64,000 bases of DNA, taken from contig OY968796.1 in assembly GCA_963695545.1 (NCBI GenBank), positions 2,592,001 to 2,656,000 of the forward strand, in the 5' to 3' direction. Source of the DNA: Terriglobia bacterium. Its GTDB lineage: Bacteria; Acidobacteriota; Terriglobia; Acidiferrales; UBA7541. This document shows, piece by piece, positions 1 to 9,801 of this stretch. Positions within the stretch are counted from its first letter, which is position 1. The number at the start of each line of letters is the position of its first letter. The notes beneath the pieces are model-generated. The model did not search any database. It was not told where the DNA came from and worked only from the letters and a program-made list of their open reading frames with translations. Both the position numbers and the translations under genes were made by a program.

Positions 1-849
1 ATGCGGCGCCGTCGGCGCGCTCGTGTCGACTCCAAAGTAATCGGCAAGGCCCGCGAATAATCCGGTAAGGGCGCCGCCCATGCAATCGCTCTTGCTGCCG
101 CCGAGCTCGAGGCACCGCGCTTGCTCTTTGGTTGGAGCAGAATCTTGCGAGCCGCTAAAATTGGACGGATCAAAAATCCCGAGGTCCCCCGCACCGCCAT
201 AACTTCCCGTGCTGCCCGGAGGGCCCGTCGGCGCGCTGTTCCCCGCCTGCGCCGGCGCGCGATTTTGCTTGCCCTGCTGAGCGGGCTGAGCGCCGTTGGC
301 CGAGTGCGGCGGAGAGTTTCGATTGTTATATGCATTGAGAAACGCGCTGGTCAGAAGCTTCCGAAATATTTCGTCGTGCACCGAATTGTCGAGCAGCTCG
401 TATTTGGCGTGCAGCGTATTGAAAGCTTTCAACTCATCGGCGGTGTGAGTTTTTCCGTAGTCCTGCGTGATCTGGTAGGCGGCGGTGCTGTAGCTATTCG
501 CGAGGCTCGTTTCCGCCGGGGTCGTGTCGCCGTATTGGCGTGCCGGAGCTTCGCCCATCACCTCGATCAGTTGGACAAGGATGTTGAACGCGGCCACCTG
601 CCGCGCCAGCGTGTTCGTGGGATCGCTTCCCTGAATCGTGCTCTTCACCTGATCCACGGTTGGCATTCCGGATAAATAGGACGTGTCGGGTGGCGGGCCT
701 GTCGGAGCTGGCGGACGATTTTGCCGAGGCTGACCGGTCCCTGTCGATGCCGCAAGGACCCATGAGACCGCAGCCAGCAAAAACGTCGCTGCCAGCGCGC
801 ACGATAAGATGGAAAGCATTCGGTGACGGCGCATCCTTTGCTCCTTCAT
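1..849 (-). CDS. Secreted hypothetical protein, partial (runs off the left edge)
   Basis: Translated by hand; absent from the ORF track because there is no stop in the window. Open from ATG 849 (GGAGG RBS; alternative ATG 834) to base 1. MKEQRMRRHRMLSILSCALAATFLLAAVSWVLA signal peptide, later ARCLELGGSKSDC. Confidence 0.75.
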   Translation of the reverse strand, partial: MKEQRMRRHRMLSILSCALAATFLLAAVSWVLAASTGTGQPRQNRPPAPTGPPPDTSYLSGMPTVDQVKSTIQGSDPTNTLARQVAAFNILVQLIEVMGEAPARQYGDTTPAETSLANSYSTAAYQITQDYGKTHTADELKAFNTLHAKYELLDNSVHDEIFRKLLTSAFLNAYNNRNSPPHSANGAQPAQQGKQNRAPAQAGNSAPTGPPGSTGSYGGAGDLGIFDPSNFSGSQDSAPTKEQARCLELGGSKSDCMGGALTGLFAGLADYFGVDTSAPTAPH

Positions 850-942
850 GACGGCGACCTCCACAGCTATCGCTGACCGTGGGTTTCTCGAAGCGCACTG
901 CGCCAGCTTGTCGCCATGTGGCGCGTTTCCATCGAGTCCCAA

Positions 943-1704
943 CTAGAACCCCGGTTTGTTCTGATTGGCCTGGTTCAGCTGATCCTGTTTGGCTTTGGCG
1001 GCCGCGGCGTTCTTGGCCGCCACGGTGTTCATCGCCGCCTGGTAGGCGTACGGCAGGTTCACCAGCTGGACGGTGTAGCTGCCGAGCAGCTGTGGATCGG
1101 TGGTGTGATTGAGCGTGGCTTTCAGCGCAAAGTAGGAAGCGTAGCAAGTCTTTTGAAAGTTGTTCAGCGTCTGCGGCGGTCCTAACGAAATATAGGAAAG
1201 ATAATCGCCTCCGTCGCAGATTTGCAGCGCCGGATTCGGCGTGGTGATTTGTTTGCCGCTCGAATCGTACAGCCACCAGTAAATGCTGGTGATGCCGCGA
1301 TCCACGGACATCGTCTCCGTGCCGTATTTGTCGTGCAGCGCGCTAAGCACGGCGGACGCGGAGAGGGGCGCGCCGGGCGCCGAGGGGTAGTCAAGCTGGC
1401 TTCGTGTGACCATCCACACGGCGGAGTCGTTCGGCGGTTGCGTCAATAAAACAGTGATTTGATCCTGATTCTTGGGATCCGGGACGATCATCGAAAACCC
1501 AATTGAAGCCGGCGAGCTGTTGGTAATCGGAGCGGACGCGTGTTTCTGAAGCTGCGCCCTGGCCGCAGCCATGGGCATACCAATATAAATGCCCAAGAGA
1601 TCCGGAGTCGTCGGCGCGGGTGATGTGTTCTGCGCCGGCGTTGAAGCGGCGACAAGCGAGAGAGCGCCGAGAATGAACAGTAGCCATATCGATCTGATCC
1701 GCAT
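943..1704 (-). CDS. Secreted hypothetical protein
   Basis: 253 aa, GGAG RBS, clear signal peptide (MRIRSIWLLFILGALSLVAA), two Cys; co-oriented with the gene at 1-849. Confidence 0.8.
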   Translation of the reverse strand: MRIRSIWLLFILGALSLVAASTPAQNTSPAPTTPDLLGIYIGMPMAAARAQLQKHASAPITNSSPASIGFSMIVPDPKNQDQITVLLTQPPNDSAVWMVTRSQLDYPSAPGAPLSASAVLSALHDKYGTETMSVDRGITSIYWWLYDSSGKQITTPNPALQICDGGDYLSYISLGPPQTLNNFQKTCYASYFALKATLNHTTDPQLLGSYTVQLVNLPYAYQAAMNTVAAKNAAAAKAKQDQLNQANQNKPGF

Positions 1705-1996
1705 AGTCTCTGGTCTCCTAGAGTTCGCCTCCGTTTTCCGACTTGGACGAAAGTCACTGCTCGCAGTTAGCGACGAGAAGGGTCTCGCGCCGCCCGATAC
1801 GGGAAGCGATGCTGTTTGAATCGGGATTTGAAATTTGACCTCCCGAAATCGCCGGTAATCTATATCTGACTGTTTCAGTTTTCAAGCTCCGGCCAAATGT
1901 CCAGTTTCTCCGGAGGCACCAGCCACCACGGGTTGTGCGGGTTTGGGCCAAACCTAAGTCCCGATCTGCGCGCGATCCGGAAACTGACCCACCATC

Positions 1997-2041
1997 GAAC
2001 TTTTCCGTCGCAGCATGCGTATAGACAATTGGAGATATAAT
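1997..2041 (+). promoter_or_regulatory. Candidate ECF-type promoter (GAAC-N17-CGTA) and a TATAAT box upstream of the PspC gene
   Basis: GAACTT at 1997-2002, CGTA at 2018-2021, TATAAT at 2036-2041. Confidence 0.35.
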
Positions 2042-2074
2042 CGGGGCGGGAGTTTGTCCGCACAGGAGGACTTC

Positions 2075-2440
2075 ATGATTTGTCCGAATTGCCAGAGGGA
2101 CATCGCGGGATACTCGAACTTTTGTTATTTCTGCGGGGCGCGACAGGCGCAGGCATCGATTCCCGCCGCTCCGGCCCAGCAGAAGCGCTTGGTGCGCTCG
2201 GCCACGAATTGCCGGCTTGCCGGCGTTTGCGGAGGACTCGCTGAATATCTGGACATCGATCCCACGATTGTTCGGCTGGTATGGGCGCTCTTGACGATAT
2301 TCAGCGGATTCGTCTTCGGCGTGGTGGGTTATTTCATCGCTTGGATCGTCATGCCGGTCGGCCCGCTGCCGGTTCCGGCCGCGGTGCAGTTGCAGTCACA
2401 GGCTCCGCCGGCCGACGCCGGGATTGCCACCGCGCAATAA
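2075..2440 (+). CDS. PspC domain protein with N-terminal zinc ribbon
   Basis: AGGAGG RBS before ATG 2075; CPNC..NFCYFCG ribbon, then RLVRS...LAGVCGGLAEYLDIDPTIVRL...YFIAWIVMP (PspC signature). Confidence 0.9.
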   Translation: MICPNCQRDIAGYSNFCYFCGARQAQASIPAAPAQQKRLVRSATNCRLAGVCGGLAEYLDIDPTIVRLVWALLTIFSGFVFGVVGYFIAWIVMPVGPLPVPAAVQLQSQAPPADAGIATAQ

Positions 2441-2519
2441 GCGCCTCCGCGCGCGGTTCGCACTGGGCCGGTTGCCACGCGCCGTTCATCACGCGCGGTT
2501 CGCAACAAGCGAAGCACGC

Positions 2520-2960
2520 TCACTTTGAAGGTTTGGATTTCTTTGCGCTTTTCGATCCGCCGCCCTCGAACGTAACGCGGTCGAGTGAGATCGCTCCGGC
2601 CCCCACCGTAGCGAGCGCAAATGCCGCTGTGCACAGCACGAGCGGCAATTGATATTTTCCGACCGCGTAGATCCCGGCGCGCGGAATGGCCACGCGCGCG
2701 AGCGCGATTCCCATCTCGATCGCGAGCAGCAGCGCCGCGAGGCGCGTCACCAGTCCCACGACCAGCAGGATTCCTCCGAAAAATTCGAGTGCGCCCGACA
2801 GTGTGGCGAAATAAGACGGAAATCCCATGTGCTCGAAGCCCGCCACTGTCGCGTTGTGATTCGTAAACAGCTCAGGATAACCGTGGTACATAAAAATTCC
2901 GCCCAGCGCCAGCCGCAGCAAGAGCAGCGACAGCGGCTTCAGATTTTCCATAAATCGCAT
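2520..2960 (-). CDS. DoxX family membrane protein
   Basis: LLLRLALGGIFMYHG...LEFFGGILLVVGLVTRLAA...GAGAISLD; start placed at ATG 2960. Confidence 0.9.
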   Translation of the reverse strand: MRFMENLKPLSLLLLRLALGGIFMYHGYPELFTNHNATVAGFEHMGFPSYFATLSGALEFFGGILLVVGLVTRLAALLLAIEMGIALARVAIPRAGIYAVGKYQLPLVLCTAAFALATVGAGAISLDRVTFEGGGSKSAKKSKPSK

Positions 2961-3255
2961 AGAAAAGTTCCCCCGTATGACCTCGCGTTCCGTTGATGAT
3001 TGCGACGCGCGGATTTTATCATCGAATCCTGGCGTGGTAGTTCGCGCGCCTTCGTGCCGTTGCGAATTGTTACTTCTCATTGTCGGCGTCGCCGCGCCGA
3101 TCGCGCACTTGATGCTAGAATCTTATTTGGGTTACGGGAGGAATTTTGCCTGCCTGTAGTTTCACCAGACCACAGAGCGAGTTCGGTGGACATTCGCCCA
3201 ATCGAAACGCAACGACCGCCGCGCTGCGCAGCAGCCGCTACGGGAGACGCGACTG

Positions 3256-4365
3256 ATGGCGGGTCCGGGTCCGCGCATTCGCTGGGCTGCTCCCATTGTT
3301 GTGTTGGCAGTGGTTGCGGTGATTTATTGGTGGACGCATCCGAGGCAGCGTGGCCTCGGCGACGCCTACGTCTCCGAAAAATCGATCACCTTGTGGACCA
3401 GTACCGCCGAAGTCCGGCAACCGGCCGCCACGCTGCATTATGGCGATCGAGTAACCATCCTCGCGCTGCAAGGCATGGTCGATCAGGTGCGCACCGCCGC
3501 CGGCGCGAAGGGGTGGATGGATTCGTCGGGCCTGATGGATCCAGCGATCTGGCAGCGCTCGACGGCTTTACTCGCGAGCGCGCAAAAGATGGAAGTGCAA
3601 GCGCGCGGCTACGCCAAGACCGTCACGAACGTGCACATCGAGCCGGGCCGTGCATCCGATCGCATCTACCAATTTGCTCGCAATGTGCCCGTCGTGATTC
3701 TTGCGCGCGCGGTGGCCGCGCCCGTGCCCACGCCCCCGGAAAATAACGCCGACGAAGCCCCGCCCGCCGCGCCCGATGAATCGAAGCCGAAACTCGAAGA
3801 CTGGCTTCTGGTGATGCGCGATACTTCGGCCGCCGCCGTTCCGCTGGCTGGCGAAAGTGTACCTGTCAGCCCCGTCACGCCGAATCCGGCACTTGCTGCG
3901 GACGACGCGCAGGCGCAGGATTCCGAGTTGCCGATGGCGGGCTGGGTTCTCGCGCGTTTCATTGAGATGACTCCGCCCGGCCCCGTGCGAGACAACGCTC
4001 TCTCGTCCGATCTGCATCTTGTCGCGTGGTTTCAGTTGAACAGCGTGCCCGGAACTTCCGGCGACATGCCGCAGTATTTGGTCGCGGGCTCGCGCGGAGA
4101 AGAAGGACAACCCTGCGATTTCACTCTGCTGCGCGTTTACACCTGGGACGATCCGAGGCAGCGCTACGAAACGGCTTTCCTCGAAAGCGATCTCTGCGGC
4201 AAGCTCCCCATCCACGTTTTCGAGAGCGGCGGCGATCCCGAATTCAAATTTGCGGATACCAGCGGCGTGGTCGGCGAGCGCACCTACGTGATGCGCCGCA
4301 CAATGGTGACCCTCGTCGGGGCCGAACAAAAAAGCGCGCGCGCGCCGCGACGCTCGAAGAAATGA
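3256..4365 (+). CDS. Membrane-anchored SH3-domain protein
   Basis: N-terminal TM; ATLHYGDRVTIL...QVRTAAGAKGWMD SH3b-like segment; second GWVLARFI segment. Confidence 0.7.
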   Translation: MAGPGPRIRWAAPIVVLAVVAVIYWWTHPRQRGLGDAYVSEKSITLWTSTAEVRQPAATLHYGDRVTILALQGMVDQVRTAAGAKGWMDSSGLMDPAIWQRSTALLASAQKMEVQARGYAKTVTNVHIEPGRASDRIYQFARNVPVVILARAVAAPVPTPPENNADEAPPAAPDESKPKLEDWLLVMRDTSAAAVPLAGESVPVSPVTPNPALAADDAQAQDSELPMAGWVLARFIEMTPPGPVRDNALSSDLHLVAWFQLNSVPGTSGDMPQYLVAGSRGEEGQPCDFTLLRVYTWDDPRQRYETAFLESDLCGKLPIHVFESGGDPEFKFADTSGVVGERTYVMRRTMVTLVGAEQKSARAPRRSKK

Positions 4366-5366
4366 TCTGCACGCTCAATCGCAACTTATTCGCGACGCTC
4401 GCGCGTTCTCGCCGCCTGGTCTCGATCGTCGCCGCGCTCGGCGTCGCGCTCGCCTCGGCTGGATGTGCGCGCGGGCCGAGCCCGGCGGCTGCGGCGCCTG
4501 CGCAGCCTCCGCCGCTCGAATTTGTCGGCGCGTGGGGCACTCGCGGAACGGATCCGGGGCAACTGGATGTGCCGATCGGCGTCGCAACCGACGCGCTCGG
4601 CCGCGTTTACGTCGCCGACGCTGGAACGAGTTCGATCGAGAAATTCACGGCCACAGGCGGACCGCTGCTTTCTTTCGGAGACGCTTGGCTAGAAAAAGCC
4701 CAGGGAATTGCCGTGGATCGCGGCGGCGGAATTTATGTGGCGGAAGGAAACCGTGTCCAGGTTTTCTGGCCTGAAGGCGATCGGCTTCATGTGACCTACG
4801 GCGGATTGCTGGGAGCGACGGGCGTTGCAGTCGATTCCGATGGCACGTATTACGTGAGTGACAGCAAGGTGTGCCGCGTGACGGCTTTCACCGCGCGCGG
4901 ACGGATGCTGCGCACGTGGGGCCGGCGCGGAACCGCTGACGGTGAATTCACAGATCCTTCCGGCGTGGCGATTGGTCCCGATGGATTCGTATACGTGGCC
5001 GACGATGGTGGCGCGCGCGTCCAGAAATTCACGACTGATGGCGTGTTCGTCTCGTCGTTCGGCCAGGTCGATACAAGCGGTAACGCTCTCGGCAGCCGAG
5101 ACGCCGTCGGCCTTGCGGTTTCCGCTCGCGATATTTTTTTAGTGGGTGGCGGTGTCGATCCGTTGCGAGTCTGGTCGCTCGATGGACACGAAGTGCAAAT
5201 TGATCCGGCCGCGCTCACCGCGGCTGCGGCCCCCGCATCGGGCGCGGATGCCGCGCAAGCGCCGGCCAAACTTCGCGCTGTGGCCGTGAATATTGATCCA
5301 GGCGGTGATCTGTTATTGCTCGACGCCGCAAGCGACCGTGTGCTGCGCTTTCATCTTCATTTGTAA
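4362..5366 (+). CDS. NHL-repeat beta-propeller lipoprotein
   Basis: ATGA overlap with the previous stop; lipobox LASAGC; repeats PIGVATDALGRVYVAD and PSGVAIGPDGFVYVAD. Confidence 0.85.
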   Translation: MICTLNRNLFATLARSRRLVSIVAALGVALASAGCARGPSPAAAAPAQPPPLEFVGAWGTRGTDPGQLDVPIGVATDALGRVYVADAGTSSIEKFTATGGPLLSFGDAWLEKAQGIAVDRGGGIYVAEGNRVQVFWPEGDRLHVTYGGLLGATGVAVDSDGTYYVSDSKVCRVTAFTARGRMLRTWGRRGTADGEFTDPSGVAIGPDGFVYVADDGGARVQKFTTDGVFVSSFGQVDTSGNALGSRDAVGLAVSARDIFLVGGGVDPLRVWSLDGHEVQIDPAALTAAAAPASGADAAQAPAKLRAVAVNIDPGGDLLLLDAASDRVLRFHLHL

Positions 5367-5399
5367 TTCGGCGCGTCCGCTCGCGTTCAACGGAGGTGC

Positions 5400-6359
5400 G
5401 TGTTGACGCTGCATATCAGCGAACAGGACGTTCGAGCGTTGTTGCCAATGTCGCTTGCGCTGGAAGCCGTCGAGGAATCTTTCCGCCGGCAAGCTGCGGG
5501 AGAAATCGCGTTGCAACCGCGCCGGCGACTGCAATTCGGCGAGCGCGCCTACCTGAACAATATGGCCGCAGCCGATCGCGCAAGCGGATATTTCGGAATG
5601 AAACTCTACGCCGTTGGACGCGGCGCGCCGCGATTTCTTGTGCCGCTTTACAGCGCCGCGAGTGCAGAGCTTTTGGCGCTGATCGAAGCCGAAGCGCTGG
5701 GACAAATGCGCACGGGCGCGGCCACGGGCGTCGCCACGAAATATCTTGCGCGGAGCGATGCGCGGAGGGCGGCCATCATCGGCACGGGTTTCCAGGCGCG
5801 AACGCAACTTGAAGCCGTCGCGGCTATGCGGCATCTCGAGATCGCGTGGGCCTACGGCCGCGACGCCGAGCGGCGACGAACTTTCTGCAGCGAAATGAGC
5901 GCGAAATTGAGTTTGCCTGTCGCGCCCGCCGCTTCGGCCGAAGAAGCAGTGCGCAGTGCGGACATTGTCGTGACGATGACAAGCTCCGTGCAACCCGTGC
6001 TTGACGGTGCGTGGATCGCTTCGGGGACGCACGTGAACGCGGCCGGCTCTAATTACGCGCAGAAACGCGAGCTTGATTCTGAAGCAGTGGCGCGCGCGGC
6101 GTTGATCGCTGTGGATTCGATCGAGCAATGCAAAATAGAAGCGGGTGATTTGATTCAGGCGTTCGCCGGCGACGAATCGCGCTGGAATGGAGTTCTGGAG
6201 ATGGCGGAAATTGTTGCGGGGAAACGCGCGGGGCGGGAAAATCCGGAGCAGATCACGTTATTTAAATCGACGGGTCTTGCGGCGTGGGATGTTGCGGTTG
6301 CGGCTCGCGTATACGAGCGCGCTGTTGCTGAAGGACGCGGCACGCCGATCGCGCTGTGA
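5400..6359 (+). CDS. Ornithine cyclodeaminase / mu-crystallin family protein
   Basis: LGQMRTGAATGVATKYLAR, IIGTGFQARTQ, GTHVNAAGSN, ITLFKSTGLA. Confidence 0.92.
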   Translation: MLTLHISEQDVRALLPMSLALEAVEESFRRQAAGEIALQPRRRLQFGERAYLNNMAAADRASGYFGMKLYAVGRGAPRFLVPLYSAASAELLALIEAEALGQMRTGAATGVATKYLARSDARRAAIIGTGFQARTQLEAVAAMRHLEIAWAYGRDAERRRTFCSEMSAKLSLPVAPAASAEEAVRSADIVVTMTSSVQPVLDGAWIASGTHVNAAGSNYAQKRELDSEAVARAALIAVDSIEQCKIEAGDLIQAFAGDESRWNGVLEMAEIVAGKRAGRENPEQITLFKSTGLAAWDVAVAARVYERAVAEGRGTPIAL

Positions 6360-6411
6360 CGCGGGCGGAGCGGCATTGCGAACCGATACCGCGCGCGAGA
6401 GCGCTGCGGCG

Positions 6412-6648
6412 TCAGCGCGCGTGGCCGAGCCGCTCGAAGAGAGCCTTGTGCAGCCGCTCTTTCACTTCGGCGGGCAGAGGCACCGGCTCGGCATTGCAGT
6501 AGATCTCGATGGTCTTTCGCGTAGTGTCCACGATCAGCCGGCATTTCTTGCAGCCGTTGAGGTGACGTTCGAGATCGGCCGCGGCCACCGCGTCCAGGGC
6601 CTCGTCCAAATAGCTGGTTAGTTCTGCGAGCACTCCACGACAATTCAC
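6412..6648 (-). CDS. Zinc-finger (zf-HC2) anti-sigma factor
   Basis: MNC...LTSYLD...ERHLNGCKKC (HxxxCxxC); overlaps the sigma gene stop. Confidence 0.88.
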   Translation of the reverse strand: MNCRGVLAELTSYLDEALDAVAAADLERHLNGCKKCRLIVDTTRKTIEIYCNAEPVPLPAEVKERLHKALFERLGHAR

Positions 6649-7292
6649 GACGGTTTACTCCGGAAATAAGGATCAAGTTTTTGGCGCAACTTCAAGCGGG
6701 CCCGAAGCAAGCGCGATTTCACAGCGGGGACGGAAATGCCGAGCGCCTCGGCGGTTTCTTCGGTGGAAAGTTCGCTGACGTCACGCAGGACGAAAGCCAT
6801 GCGGTAGGGCGACTCCAGTTCTTCGATGGCGTAGGTGAGGATTTGGTTGAGCTCGGTGCGCTCGTATTTCTGCTCGGGCGAAGGACCCCAGTCCTGCAGG
6901 TCGCGCGGCATCAGATCGTCTCCATCGGTGACGACGGGCTCATCGAGCGAAACTTGATTGGGGCGGCGCTTGCGCAGCTTCATCAGCGCTTCGTTTACGG
7001 CGATGCGCACAAGCCAGGTGTAAAAGCGCGAGCCGCCCTCGAAGCCGTCGAGATGCTGGAAGGCTTTGAGGAAGGCGTCCTGCATGGAGTCTTCGGCGTC
7101 TTCTTTGTTGCGCGTGATGTTCCAGGAGAGGCGATAAATTTTGTCTTCGTAGCGGTTTACCAGCTCTTGAAACGCGTCGAGGTCGCCGCCTTTGGCGGCG
7201 GCGACAAGGAGGCCTTCGTCGTCGCGGACGACCGTGGAAGGCAGCGGTTTGGCGTTGGGAGTGCTCACGTCGCGAATGGGTGCCGGGTTCAC
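6645..7292 (-). CDS. ECF sigma-70 factor (start uncertain)
   Basis: GDLDAFQELVNRY, DAEDSMQDAFLKAF, FYTWLVRIAVN, ETAEALGISVPAVKSRLLRAR. Confidence 0.92.
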   Translation of the reverse strand: MNPAPIRDVSTPNAKPLPSTVVRDDEGLLVAAAKGGDLDAFQELVNRYEDKIYRLSWNITRNKEDAEDSMQDAFLKAFQHLDGFEGGSRFYTWLVRIAVNEALMKLRKRRPNQVSLDEPVVTDGDDLMPRDLQDWGPSPEQKYERTELNQILTYAIEELESPYRMAFVLRDVSELSTEETAEALGISVPAVKSRLLRARLKLRQKLDPYFRSKPS

Positions 7293-7398
7293 TTTAACAT
7301 TAGATGCGCCGAGGCGCGACTCGATGCGCGAAATGGAACCTGGGGCGGCGGTAGGTTCCACGCACGGGCCCGAATCGGTTAAACTGCAGTGTACCCTC

Positions 7399-7908
7399 AT
7401 GCGCACCTTGCCCGACCAATTACGCCCCGGAATGAAAATGATCATCGTCGGATGCAATCCCGGCGAGCGATCGGCCCGCGTGGGCCATTATTACGCGGGG
7501 CGCGGCAACATGTTCTGGCCGCTGCTCTATGAATCGGGGATCATACCGGAGCTTTTGGAGTACAAGAACGATAGGCGCCTCTTGGAATTCGGCATCGGCT
7601 TGACGGATTTGGTGAAGCGTCCTACGCGAGGCGTGGAAGACCTGGAGCGGCAGGAATTCGCCGAGGGGCGCGTGCTGCTCTCGCAAAAACTTCAGGAGTT
7701 TGCGCCGCGCGTGGTGGCTTTTAACGGCAAGATCGTCTTCGAGAAATTCTCGCAGCGGGTGTGCAAGCTCGGCGCGCAGAAGGATTTGCTCTACGGCGCG
7801 CGCGTGTTCGTGCTGCCTTCGAGCAGCGGGTTGAACGCCCTGGGCAGCGGCGTGAAGATGCGCTACTTCCGGCAACTTGCCAAACTGCTCGCGCGACTGG
7901 ACGCCTGA
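7399..7908 (+). CDS. mug: Mismatch-specific uracil/thymine DNA glycosylase (Mug/TDG family)
   Basis: VGCNPG..SARVGHYYAGRGNMFWPLL, GIGLTDLVKRPT, VLPSSSG. Confidence 0.88.
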   Translation: MRTLPDQLRPGMKMIIVGCNPGERSARVGHYYAGRGNMFWPLLYESGIIPELLEYKNDRRLLEFGIGLTDLVKRPTRGVEDLERQEFAEGRVLLSQKLQEFAPRVVAFNGKIVFEKFSQRVCKLGAQKDLLYGARVFVLPSSSGLNALGSGVKMRYFRQLAKLLARLDA

Positions 7909-7920
7909 GAGATTCCCGCA

Positions 7921-8274
7921 ATGGCCAAGACCAACGCGAAATTCCTGCACAAGCCCAACTGCACAACTTGTCGCAAGGCGCGCGCCGTGCTCGAAGGCTG
8001 CGGGTGTACGCTCGAGCTGCGCGATCTGGGCAAGGATCGCCTGACGGCAACTGAGCTTGAGAAGTTGATTGGCGATCGTGATCACCGCGCGTTTCTGAAT
8101 CCGCGAAACGAGCTGTACCGCAAACACAAGATGGGGAAGAATCCGCCGTCGCGCGCGGAAGCAATTCGCATGATGGCGCGCGAGCCCAACCTGATTCGGC
8201 GGCCGGTGGTGATTTTGGGGCGCAAGATGGTGGTGGGATTCGACCACGCTGCGCTGGAAGCTCTCGCCGATTGA
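7921..8274 (+). CDS. ArsC/Spx family protein
   Basis: PNCTTCRKAR and EPNLIRRPVV...VGFD. Confidence 0.88.
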   Translation: MAKTNAKFLHKPNCTTCRKARAVLEGCGCTLELRDLGKDRLTATELEKLIGDRDHRAFLNPRNELYRKHKMGKNPPSRAEAIRMMAREPNLIRRPVVILGRKMVVGFDHAALEALAD

Positions 8275-8855
8275 TTTTGCCCGCAACGGAAACCATGACA
8301 AATCGATTTGAGCTGGGTACGGTCGCCGTGCTCGGGGCGAGCGCTCTGGGTTGCCGCTTTGCCAGCGCCGCGTTGCGCGCGGGCTATCGCACGATTCTCG
8401 AGGACTTTCGCGCCGATGTACTCGAACGGGCGGTTCGCGAAGTTGGCAAATCATTCGTCGCTCCCGAAGATCACGCGCTGCTCAGCGTCGCGCGCACTGT
8501 GGAAGACGGATGCCGCGAAGCGAATCTGGTGATCGACACCACGTTGGATGACGCCGAATTGAAACTTGAGATCTTCACGCTGCTCGATAAGTTCGCGCGG
8601 CCGGGCGCGGTCTGCGCGACGATCGCGGCTTCGATTGCGATCGCCGAACTGGGCAAGATCACGTATCGACCCGAGCTCTGTGTGGGGCTGCGCATCGGAA
8701 ACCATAGTTCGCATGCGGAAATCCTGACGATCATTCGCGCTGCGCAAACTTCGGAGGCCGCGGTGAGCGCGTGCCTTGAATTCGCACGCCGCGTCGGTTG
8801 GCAAAGCACGGTCGAGCTCGAAGCCATTCCCTCCGGCACAGAATCTGGCTCCTAA
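8271..8855 (+). CDS. Stand-alone, degenerate 3-hydroxyacyl-CoA dehydrogenase NAD-binding domain
   Basis: VAVLGASALG, ANLVID, ELKLEIFTLLDK, RPELCVGL; lacks the catalytic His and the C-terminal domain. Confidence 0.7.
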   Translation: MILPATETMTNRFELGTVAVLGASALGCRFASAALRAGYRTILEDFRADVLERAVREVGKSFVAPEDHALLSVARTVEDGCREANLVIDTTLDDAELKLEIFTLLDKFARPGAVCATIAASIAIAELGKITYRPELCVGLRIGNHSSHAEILTIIRAAQTSEAAVSACLEFARRVGWQSTVELEAIPSGTESGS

Positions 8856-8945
8856 TCTCTCCTGCTCCAGGCGCTGCCACGGCGCGCCCCGCGGTTTGGG
8901 GGTATCATAGGCGCACGCAGGGCATCCGCCTGGGGGTCGCCAGCC

Positions 8946-9515
8946 ATGGGAATAGCCGACCGCATTGTTATCCAGCAGGGCGACATCGCCGATATGGACG
9001 TGGACGCGATCGTCAACGCCGCGAACAACGATTTGCAGCTCGGCGGCGGCGTGGCCGGGGCGATCCGGCGCAAGGGCGGCGAATCGATCCAGCGTGAATG
9101 CAACGAGATCGGCGCGATCCCGATCGGCGGCGCGGCGATCACCGGCGCGGGGAAATTGAAAGCGCGCTTCGTGATTCACGCCGCGAGCATGCCGCTGGGC
9201 GGGCAGACGACGTCGCGCTCGCTGCGAAATTCCACGGCGCGTTCGCTGCGCATCGCGACGGAGCGCGAGCTTGGCACGATCGCGTTTCCCGCGGTGGGCA
9301 CGGGCATCGCGGGGTTTCCGCTTTCCGAATGCGCGGAGATCATGCTGCGAGAAACGGTGCAGCATTTGCGCTCCGCGAATTCGCCGCGTACTGTGCATTT
9401 CGTGCTCTTTGACGAGCGCGCGCTGCGCGCGTTTCAAAACACCTGGGAGGCGATCAAGGCGCGCGGCGAACTCGACGAAGAGTCTTCTTCGCCGGCTGCG
9501 GCGAGTCCTGCGTGA
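8946..9515 (+). CDS. Macro domain protein (ADP-ribose binding / O-acetyl-ADP-ribose deacetylase-like)
   Basis: QGDI..DVDAIVNAANNDLQLGGGVAGAI, FVIHAA, IAFPAVGTGIAG. Confidence 0.93.
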   Translation: MGIADRIVIQQGDIADMDVDAIVNAANNDLQLGGGVAGAIRRKGGESIQRECNEIGAIPIGGAAITGAGKLKARFVIHAASMPLGGQTTSRSLRNSTARSLRIATERELGTIAFPAVGTGIAGFPLSECAEIMLRETVQHLRSANSPRTVHFVLFDERALRAFQNTWEAIKARGELDEESSSPAAASPA

Positions 9516-9531
9516 TGCCGCGCCAAGCGCC

Positions 9532-9801
9532 GTGAGCGATCTGGCCGAAAAAGTTCGCGCGGAGCTCGAGCGGTATGAGCATCCGTTGTTTTCCTTCGAG
9601 GCGCGGCCGGCCGCGCAAGGCGTTGAAGTCGAGATTCGGTTTCGTCCCGCAGAGCCTCCGGTGCACACCTACGTGCTTTTGCTGCGTCCGCGCGAAATCG
9701 AGCAGGCGCAATTTCCCTGGATTTTGCAAAAACAACTTTACGACTGCCTGCACGATTACGTGATCGAGATGTTCACGCGAAATCCGCAGGAGCAGGAATG
9801 A
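9532..9801 (+). CDS. Small hypothetical protein
   Basis: GTG 9532 (MSDLAEKVRAELERYEHPLFSFE...); fills the gap in the operon and has an ATGA overlap with the next gene. Confidence 0.7.
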   Translation: MSDLAEKVRAELERYEHPLFSFEARPAAQGVEVEIRFRPAEPPVHTYVLLLRPREIEQAQFPWILQKQLYDCLHDYVIEMFTRNPQEQE

